The notes below the pieces were generated by a model. That model did not search any database, was not told the DNA's origin, and saw nothing but the letters and a program-made list of their open reading frames with translations. DNA of 64,000 nucleotides. Origin: Nitrospirota bacterium (lineage in GTDB: Bacteria > Nitrospirota > UBA9217). Of the stretch, positions 9,496 through 16,480 are shown piece after piece; within the stretch, counting starts at the first letter, position 1; each line of letters starts with the position of its first letter. The DNA is taken from NCBI GenBank assembly GCA_035490495.1, contig DATHDE010000201.1, forward strand, positions 1,088 through 65,087, given 5' to 3'. The position numbers and the translations under genes are program-made.

Positions 9496-10026
9496 ATGCG
9501 CGACCGTATCTATAGCGTCATACTCTTCTTCGTAGCAGTAGCGGTCCTGATAGGCATTTTGAAAGTATTAAATTGGGTTCCGGCGGCGATGCAGGAAGGC
9601 CTCCCGAGCAAATACGCATCCCTTGAAGAAGTAAAGTCGCGGCTGAACCTCCATGCCGTTTATTCTCCCTCATACTATCCCCAGGGTCTCCGCTGGCCCC
9701 CGGTCCTGATCATGGCGCAGACAAAACCGAACCTGCTGATCCTCCAGGAATATACGCAGCAGAACAGCAACTCCATTTCGCTCATCATTGCGCAAACATC
9801 GGGAAATGCAGCCCTCCCCGATCTGCCGGTCAAAATGTCCAAAAAAACCGAAGAAGTTCCCTTTGATCTTAAAGGACGCAGTGCAATGCTTGAAGTAGGG
9901 ATATGCAAGCCGTCAGGGCAATGCAGCCGCGTTACCTGGGAAGAAGGGAATTTTCGCATCATGCTGATCATGACCGCGCCCCCTTCTGAAGCAGTGAAGC
10001 TTGCAGACAGCATGATTGCAAGCTGA
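9496..10026 (+). CDS. Membrane-anchored hypothetical protein (possibly DUF4367-like)
   Basis: 176 aa with an N-terminal TM helix (IYSVILFFVAVAVLIGIL). Lies 13 nt after the peptidase gene. The domain call is from memory only. Confidence 0.45.
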   Translation: MRDRIYSVILFFVAVAVLIGILKVLNWVPAAMQEGLPSKYASLEEVKSRLNLHAVYSPSYYPQGLRWPPVLIMAQTKPNLLILQEYTQQNSNSISLIIAQTSGNAALPDLPVKMSKKTEEVPFDLKGRSAMLEVGICKPSGQCSRVTWEEGNFRIMLIMTAPPSEAVKLADSMIAS

Positions 10027-10225
10027 GGCAGAACAACAAAAGTAGTATTTTTTTTCTTCTTTTGTCCCTCCTCATCTTTTTTTCATTCAGAACATTTACC
10101 CCCGTTATCTAAGAGTTAATGCCGATGGAGTTAGGAAGTTCTGCTGATATACAAAAAAATGACTGTTTGATAAGGTTACTTAACGCAAGTAAGGAAGGCA
10201 TTTGAACGAAAGGAGGCATCACGAC

Positions 10226-10591
10226 ATGTTTACGCTATCAGGTGGACAGAAAGCTGCTGAGGGAACCTACTGGGACATCAGCTCGGGACAGCGGATCGAC
10301 ATGGATCAGGAAGGCGTCTTGCCGGGAGATCAGAACGCAAAATATATTAAAGCATCACCCGGACTGATATTGGTGACCGGCCCCTTTCTCGGCCTCATCT
10401 ACATCATTGCCCTTCCAATCATGGGTGTTGTTACAGCAATGTCACTCATCGTTCAGAAAGTATTGAGCGTCATCTCCCATCTTGTCCGGAATATGGTCTC
10501 CTTCGGATGGAGACCGTCGGAGTCGTATCTTTCGGGAAGTAATAGAAAAAAGGACGACCCGGGACGCAAAGATTCGTCCGGAAGGCATTAA
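10226..10591 (+). CDS. Small membrane protein, FGWRP-motif family (copy 2)
   Basis: ATG at 10226 lies 9 nt after AGGAGG; the ORF track starts at a TTG at 10202. Contains GTYWDISSGQRIDMDQEGVLPGD, a TM region, SFGWRP and a basic tail. Confidence 0.6.
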   Translation: MFTLSGGQKAAEGTYWDISSGQRIDMDQEGVLPGDQNAKYIKASPGLILVTGPFLGLIYIIALPIMGVVTAMSLIVQKVLSVISHLVRNMVSFGWRPSESYLSGSNRKKDDPGRKDSSGRH

Positions 10592-10644
10592 TATAAACTT
10601 TCCCTGCGGCAGACCGCGGGGTATGCAAGTGAATCCTCATCCCT

Positions 10645-10671
10645 CCCCTTCTCCCTCAAGGGGGAGAGGGG
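10645..10671 (+). other. GC-rich hairpin downstream of FGWRP copy 2 (no U-tract)
   Basis: CCCC(T)TCTCCC / GGGAGAGGGG: a 10-bp stem with one bulge and a 6-nt loop. Confidence 0.35.
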
Positions 10672-10895
10672 TAGCAGCGACTCCGCTGCACGCGACGGGA
10701 TATCTTACAATCGAATGAATACAGGAAGCCGGGTGTTCGCAAAAACTGTCTTTCGAACGGATGGCGGTCACGATTGAAATCCGCGCTGAGAAGCCTGACG
10801 TGGTCGGGGATTCCGGCATCCATCATAAGCAATCCATCTGGTAAAAACACGACGTCCCTCCGGGGGATAAATAACAGAGAAAGGAGGACCGCTGT

Positions 10896-11294
10896 ATGCA
10901 CACGATGTTTGATTTTACAACTCACGTAAAGGGAGTTGAATATCTTCTGTCTCTCGCCCTGATTGCCGGATATCTGATCGTCTGGGAGGCGCTCAAACCC
11001 AGCCCGTTCCGCGCAATCAAAGAGACGAGCAGGGATGACCTGGCGCATCTGAAGCTGGCCGGCATGCCGGGCACCATGAAACAGATCGGCCGCATTGTTT
11101 CCGCCCCATTCGTCGGCGTGTTCTATATCTTCATGCTTCCTTTCACCCTGGTCGGCGCGATCGCCTACGCCGCATACACAGCGATGGCGGGCAAAGGAGA
11201 AGCCTTCTCCTGGAGACCAGCCGAGGCATATCTTGCGGGTCGGAAGAAGACCAAGAAAAACGATGCGGCCGGAACCGCATCGGAGAAGAAATAA
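10896..11294 (+). CDS. Small membrane protein, divergent FSWRP-motif relative (copy 3)
   Basis: 132 aa. AGGAGG lies 8 nt upstream. Two TM helices and a C-terminal AFSWRPAEAYLAGRKKTKK resembling copies 1 and 2. Confidence 0.55.
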   Translation: MHTMFDFTTHVKGVEYLLSLALIAGYLIVWEALKPSPFRAIKETSRDDLAHLKLAGMPGTMKQIGRIVSAPFVGVFYIFMLPFTLVGAIAYAAYTAMAGKGEAFSWRPAEAYLAGRKKTKKNDAAGTASEKK

Positions 11295-11304
11295 CCTGCA
11301 GCCA

Positions 11305-11341
11305 GGGGAGAAGCGCGAAGGACGGGAGAGCGCTTCTCCCC
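11305..11341 (+). other. Perfect 12-bp intercistronic hairpin before the cytochrome gene
   Basis: GGGGAGAAGCGC-13 nt-GCGCTTCTCCCC, followed by TGATTGCAACC (a poor U-tract), then GAGGAGG and the ATG at 11370. Confidence 0.4.
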
Positions 11342-11369
11342 TGATTGCAACCGAGGAGGATTAAGCAGA

Positions 11370-11843
11370 ATGAAAATCTTGGCAGCCTCATTCATAGCCT
11401 GGTGCTGCATGCTGCTGTTCACGGCCGCCGGACATGCAGCCGACAATACGCCGCGGGGGATCATCAAGCTGGACAGCATTGCCAAGTTCTACCTGCCGGT
11501 TCGTTTCGACCACGCCAAGCACGCAGCCATTGCCGGCGACTGCGGCAAATGCCATCACCAGCACGGCAACAGCGCGAGCCTCCCCTGCCGCGAATGTCAT
11601 AATCTCACGGTATCGACGTTCAAGGGATCGAAAAAAGCGTCATTCATGGCGTGCAAAAACTGCCACGGCGCCTCCGATCCTGCGGCCCCGGGAATGCCCG
11701 GGCTCAAGGTTGCGTACCACCGTCAGTGTTTTCAATGCCACCGCGGCATGGGGGGAGTTGGAGAAAACCCCCAAGGCTGTACACAGATCTGCCATGGGAA
11801 GAACGATCAGCAGGCAAAGCGCGGAACGAAGTCCGCTCAATAA
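11370..11843 (+). CDS. Periplasmic c3-like multiheme cytochrome c (4 CXXCH + 1 CX3CH)
   Basis: 157 aa. Signal peptide MKILAASFIAWCCMLLFTAAGHA. Heme motifs CGKCH, CRECH, CKNCH, CFQCH and CTQICH. Confidence 0.8.
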   Translation: MKILAASFIAWCCMLLFTAAGHAADNTPRGIIKLDSIAKFYLPVRFDHAKHAAIAGDCGKCHHQHGNSASLPCRECHNLTVSTFKGSKKASFMACKNCHGASDPAAPGMPGLKVAYHRQCFQCHRGMGGVGENPQGCTQICHGKNDQQAKRGTKSAQ

Positions 11844-11888
11844 TGCATGTTGCACCGTGCTATCTGGACTGAGGAGGAATAATCCAAT

Positions 11889-12878
11889 ATGGAGAAGAAC
11901 GATAGCAAGCCCCAGGAGCCCGGACAGACGAAACCGGACTTCGACGAACCGGGCGACAGTTTAAACTTCACAAGAAGAAGGTTCATGGGGACGATGGCCG
12001 CAATCGGCGGCGCCGTCCTTGCATCGAAGTCAACAAATGCTGACGCAAAGGAGTTCGAGGGCTCGAAAGACCGGTATGGAGTATTATACGATCTGTCGAT
12101 GTGCGTCGGGTGCCGCAGCTGTGAAAAGGCCTGCAACGAGGAAAACAAGCTGGGAGCGCCGAGCAAGCCTTTTGATGATCCTTCCGTGTTCGAGGAGCAG
12201 CGCCGCCCCATGGTCAATGCCTACACCGTGGTGAACCGCTATGCGAATCCCAAGGACCCGTCGCAGCCGCTCTTCCGCAAGATTCAGTGCAATCATTGCA
12301 ACGAACCTGCCTGTGCCACGGCCTGCCCCGTCCACGCCTACACCAAGAATCCGGAAGGGCCGGTCACGTACGATGTGAGCCTCTGCTTCGGATGCAGGTA
12401 CTGCATGACCGCGTGCCCCTACTACGTTCCTGCGTACGACTACAACAGCGCCCTCGAACCGCGCATCTCGAAATGCACGATGTGCTATCATCGGGTGAAG
12501 GAAGGCAAGCCCACGGCATGCTCCGAGATCTGCCCCACAGGCGCCCTCACCTTCGGGAAACGGGAGGACTTGATTAAACTCGCACGAGAGCGTATGATGA
12601 AAAACCCCGGCAAGTACGTGGAACATATCTTCGGCGAACATGAGGCAGGGGGATCGAGCTGGCTGTACATCTCCAGCGTCCCCTTCGAGACCTACGGATT
12701 TCCGACGGACATTCAGAAAGCGCCGCTGCTCGAAAATACCAAGGGGTTCCTCGCAAGCGTTCCGCTTGTATTCACGATCTGGCCGGCGCTGTTCGGCATG
12801 CTCTATTCCGCGACCAAGCATCGTGACAGCTCCGACGAGGGGAGCGGAGATCACGGGAAACAGGAGGATAAAAAATGA
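11889..12878 (+). CDS. Tat-exported 4x[4Fe-4S] ferredoxin-like subunit (HybA/NrfC/PsrB-type)
   Basis: 329 aa. Twin-arginine signal (TRRRFMGTMAAIGGAVLA) and four Cys clusters (CVGCRSCEKAC, CNHCNEPACATACP, CFGCRYCMTACP, CTMC...CSEICP). C-terminal hydrophobic helix. Confidence 0.85.
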   Translation: MEKNDSKPQEPGQTKPDFDEPGDSLNFTRRRFMGTMAAIGGAVLASKSTNADAKEFEGSKDRYGVLYDLSMCVGCRSCEKACNEENKLGAPSKPFDDPSVFEEQRRPMVNAYTVVNRYANPKDPSQPLFRKIQCNHCNEPACATACPVHAYTKNPEGPVTYDVSLCFGCRYCMTACPYYVPAYDYNSALEPRISKCTMCYHRVKEGKPTACSEICPTGALTFGKREDLIKLARERMMKNPGKYVEHIFGEHEAGGSSWLYISSVPFETYGFPTDIQKAPLLENTKGFLASVPLVFTIWPALFGMLYSATKHRDSSDEGSGDHGKQEDKK

Positions 12879-14116
12879 GCAACGACAGCATGGCCAAATC
12901 GGATAACTTCCGGTACGGCTTTCTCGAGAAACTGCGGATGGGCATGTCCTGGGAGGAATACCGGCGGAGCCTCCTGACACCGTTCAATATCATTGCTGCC
13001 ATCATCCTGAGCATCGGCCTGCCCCTGATCGTGCTGCGCTTCGTCAAGGGTCTCGCCTATGTAACACACGCATCAAATGAATATCCCTGGGGCCTGTTCC
13101 TCGGCTGGGGGCTGTTCGGCGGTGTGCCGCTCTCGGCCACGGGCTTTGTCATGGCCACGGCATACTATATCTTCGGTTTCAAGGCATACCACCCCCTGGT
13201 GCGTCTCAGCGTGCTGACGGGCCTTTTGGGGTACTTCTTCGCCGTCATCTATCTCCTGATCGATCTGGGAAGACCCTGGCGCATCTACTTCCCGATGTTC
13301 ATCGGTTACGGCACGGCATCGGTCCTGTTCCTTGTTGCCTGGCACGTTGCGACGTACCTCACGGTCCAGATCGTCGAGTTCAGCCCGGCAATTCTTGAGT
13401 GGCTCAAATCGAGGCGCGTGCGGAGGTGGGCGCTGATGATCACGATCGGCATGACCATCTCGGGCATCATCCTGTCGACGCTTCATCAATCCGCCCTGGG
13501 CGCCATGTTCCTGCTTGCGCCCGGCAAGCTCCATCCGCTTTGGTTTTCGACGTACATCCCCGTCATGTCTCTCTGTTCGAGCGTCTATGCGGCGCTCTGC
13601 ATGATCATCGTGGTGAGCACGCTCTCAGCGCGGTATTTGCGCAACCGGGCGGACGCGACCTTCCTCGGCAACCTCGACCGGCTGACCCTGGGGCTCGGCA
13701 AGGGTGCCGTGGTCGGCATCTACGTGTACTTTGCGCTCAGGATGATCGCGATCGCGCATGACGACAACTGGGCGCTCCTTGGAACGCCGTACGGCTACTG
13801 GTACCTCGTCGAAGTGCTCGGGTTCGTGCTCCTGCCCGCGATCATCATGAGCAGCGGGGTGAAAACCGAGCGTGCAGCCTTCATCCGTTTCGGCGCTTTT
13901 CTCGGTGTCATCGGCGTCCTGTTAAACAGGATCAACGTTTCCATCGTGGCGTTCAACTGGAACCTGCCGGGGCATTTGCACCACATCATTCCGCCGTGGC
14001 GGGAAGTTGCAATCGTAGCCGCGGTCGCAACACTGCATATCCTTGTCTTCCGGTGGATCGTAAACCGCATGCCGGTCATTCGGGAGGATGAGACTTATCA
14101 CGAACTGCACTCATAA
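12875..14116 (+). CDS. NrfD/PsrC/HybB-family polytopic membrane quinone-interacting subunit
   Basis: 413 aa with about 10 TM helices. ATGA start/stop overlap with the FeS gene. Family assigned from context and topology. Confidence 0.7.
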   Translation: MSNDSMAKSDNFRYGFLEKLRMGMSWEEYRRSLLTPFNIIAAIILSIGLPLIVLRFVKGLAYVTHASNEYPWGLFLGWGLFGGVPLSATGFVMATAYYIFGFKAYHPLVRLSVLTGLLGYFFAVIYLLIDLGRPWRIYFPMFIGYGTASVLFLVAWHVATYLTVQIVEFSPAILEWLKSRRVRRWALMITIGMTISGIILSTLHQSALGAMFLLAPGKLHPLWFSTYIPVMSLCSSVYAALCMIIVVSTLSARYLRNRADATFLGNLDRLTLGLGKGAVVGIYVYFALRMIAIAHDDNWALLGTPYGYWYLVEVLGFVLLPAIIMSSGVKTERAAFIRFGAFLGVIGVLLNRINVSIVAFNWNLPGHLHHIIPPWREVAIVAAVATLHILVFRWIVNRMPVIREDETYHELHS

Positions 14117-14188
14117 AGGCAACGGTGCGGGTGCGATGGACCGGATCGCGCCCGCGCCACGATCCTCGATCAGCGTGAAGGTGCCGCG

Positions 14189-15634
14189 ATGAATGTTAAG
14201 AATGTCATATTCCTGTGCGCGCTCCTGCCGCTTTTGAGCATGCTCCTGCCGCTTCCGGGCGGTGCTGCTGCCGAAACGATATCCAATCAAAACGATGCCT
14301 GCCTCGCCTGCCATGCGAAGCAGGATATCGTCATTTCGTTCCAGAACAACGAATCGCTGTCGGGTCATGTCGATGTTGAAAAGCTGAAAGCCTCGGCCCA
14401 CGGTGAGCTGGCCTGCTCTGCCTGCCACATCGAATTCGCCTCCGCTCAGCATCCGAAAAGAATTTTCAGGAGCCGCGAACAGTTCACGGTACGGGCGTCG
14501 CTCGTCTGCAGGCGCTGTCACAGCGACGAACAGCTGAAGGCACGGCCGGTCCACGTCGAACTGCTCGAACGCCAGAAAGCCGGCGCTCCCGCTGTCTGCG
14601 CTGACTGCCATGGCGCGCATTCGGTCATTCGAGTCACCCGGAGAAAGTCACTCAACGACGACGCGAAAAGCTGCCTCAGTTGCCATCGACGTCCCATCCG
14701 CATCGCCTTCCAGAAAGGCGAAGCCCAGTCGTATATCGTGGATGCGACGGTCCTGGAGGGATCGGTCCACAACAAACTTTCATGCGCAGACTGCCACTAC
14801 GGGTTTTCACGGGATGAACATCCGAAGCGCCAGTTCCGTTCTCCGCGCGACATGACCATCGCTTCGGCCGAGTCCTGCCGCAGGTGCCACTTTGACAAAT
14901 ACTCAAAGTTCCAGGACAGCATCCACTACACGAAGCTGAGCCAGGGCTTTCTCAAGGCCCCGGTTTGCACGGATTGTCACGGCCATCATTCCATCTCTTC
15001 CATTTCAAAGGAGAGGATCGTCAGCGCCAACCGCTGCCGCAAGTGCCATCCCGACATATACGACACGTATGCGAAAAGCGTTCACGGCAACGCACTGGTG
15101 AATGAATTCAACCAGGACGTTCCCGTGTGCGTTGACTGTCATACGACGCATGACATACAGAATCCCCACAGCCTGGAATTCCGGGAACGCGTACCTCAGA
15201 TGTGCAGCTCGTGCCATGCAAATAAGGGGATTATGGGGAAATACGGACTGTCCACGGATGTCATGAAGACCTATCTGTCCGATTTCCACGGTGTCACGCT
15301 CGGCTTTTACATAAAGCAGAAGAATCTGCTCCCTGCGCAGGCAAAGGGGATCGCTGTCTGCACCGACTGCCATGGAACGCACAATATCACGAGCACGGTG
15401 AGCCCGGATGCTACGACCGTCAAGGCCAATCTGGTACAACGTTGCCGGAAATGCCATGCAAATGCAACGGAAAATTTCCCCGATGCGTGGATATCGCATT
15501 ACAAACCAAGTCTTAAGCGGGCGCCCCTGTTGTTTGTCATTACGATCCTGTATAAGTTCTTGACTCCCCTCATCATCTTAGGATTGGTTTTGCAGATCTT
15601 GCTGCACATCTGGCGCTATGCAGTGAGCAGGTGA
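14189..15634 (+). CDS. Multiheme c-type cytochrome (13 CXXCH), C-terminal membrane anchor, paralog 2
   Basis: 481 aa with a signal peptide, 13 CXXCH motifs and a C-terminal helix (LIILGLVLQILLHIW). Homologous along its length to 5477-6937. Confidence 0.85.
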   Translation: MNVKNVIFLCALLPLLSMLLPLPGGAAAETISNQNDACLACHAKQDIVISFQNNESLSGHVDVEKLKASAHGELACSACHIEFASAQHPKRIFRSREQFTVRASLVCRRCHSDEQLKARPVHVELLERQKAGAPAVCADCHGAHSVIRVTRRKSLNDDAKSCLSCHRRPIRIAFQKGEAQSYIVDATVLEGSVHNKLSCADCHYGFSRDEHPKRQFRSPRDMTIASAESCRRCHFDKYSKFQDSIHYTKLSQGFLKAPVCTDCHGHHSISSISKERIVSANRCRKCHPDIYDTYAKSVHGNALVNEFNQDVPVCVDCHTTHDIQNPHSLEFRERVPQMCSSCHANKGIMGKYGLSTDVMKTYLSDFHGVTLGFYIKQKNLLPAQAKGIAVCTDCHGTHNITSTVSPDATTVKANLVQRCRKCHANATENFPDAWISHYKPSLKRAPLLFVITILYKFLTPLIILGLVLQILLHIWRYAVSR

Positions 15635-15645
15635 AGGAGATGCAC

Positions 15646-16377
15646 ATGGCAAAACCACTGGATGAACACGATAGAATCAAATTCAGGCGCTTCGGTCCGT
15701 ACCGGATCATCGAACACTGGCTCCATGCGGTTATATTCTGCCTCCTCGTTGTCACCGGGCTCGCACAGAAGTACCATGCCTATGATTTTTCCCAGTGGAT
15801 TGTCTATCGCCTGGGCGGCATCGATTCAGCGCGTCTCACCCACCGCATTGCAGGCTTCCTTCTTATCATTCTCGTTGTAGAACACATCGCTATAGCGGTG
15901 TTCGGCATCGCCAAGCGGCGCTGGCAGGCATCCATGCTGATTCAGATCAAGGACTACCGGGATGTCATCACGAACCTCAAGTATTATTTCGGCGTCAAGA
16001 ACCATCCGGCCGCATGCGACCGCTTCGACTACAAGCAGAAATTCGACTACTGGGGGGTGCTCGTCAGCAATACCGTCATGATCGTCACCGGCATTGTGCT
16101 CATGTTTCCTATTGTCACGACAAAATTCCTGTACGGCGAGATCGTGCCTGCAGCGAACGTGATCCATACGAACCAGTCCCTGCTCATCATTCTCGTTATT
16201 GCGATCTGGCACATTTACAATTCCATTTTCAGCCCTGAAATATTCCCGCTCGACACCAGCATTCTGAGCGGCTATATCTCCCGGGAACGTATGCAGCATG
16301 AACATCCGCTGGAACTGGAGCGACGCGAACGTGAGGAGCGCAAGGCACTGAGGGCAGCGCGCCAGAAACACGACTGA
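15646..16377 (+). CDS. b-type cytochrome membrane subunit (FdnI/HydC family), paralog 2
   Basis: ATG lies 6 nt after AAGGAG; the ORF track starts at a GTG at 15631, overlapping the upstream stop. Strong similarity to 4696-5457 (e.g. IWHIYNSIFSPEIFPLDT vs TWHIYNAIFSPEVFPLDT). Confidence 0.75.
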   Translation: MAKPLDEHDRIKFRRFGPYRIIEHWLHAVIFCLLVVTGLAQKYHAYDFSQWIVYRLGGIDSARLTHRIAGFLLIILVVEHIAIAVFGIAKRRWQASMLIQIKDYRDVITNLKYYFGVKNHPAACDRFDYKQKFDYWGVLVSNTVMIVTGIVLMFPIVTTKFLYGEIVPAANVIHTNQSLLIILVIAIWHIYNSIFSPEIFPLDTSILSGYISRERMQHEHPLELERREREERKALRAARQKHD

Positions 16378-16480
16378 CTTTCGTGCTGCCCGGCTTCCCC
16401 GCCCTGTTCGTGCTTTTCAAACACTCGCCGATGGGGTATACTGAATAGGTTGCGACGTCTGATCAGAACACCGGCCCTTC

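Noticed and set aside
7427-10225. GEMM-type (cyclic dinucleotide) riboswitch upstream of the cytochrome operons, as seen in Geobacter
   Set aside because: I found no GCACAGGGCAAACC or GGGACGCAAAGCC-type cores in either leader. Only a weak ACGCAAG string occurs near 10187.
12084-12980. 298-aa minus-strand ORF
   Set aside because: It is antisense to the Tat 4Fe-4S gene, which has unmistakable Cys-cluster motifs. Shadow ORF.
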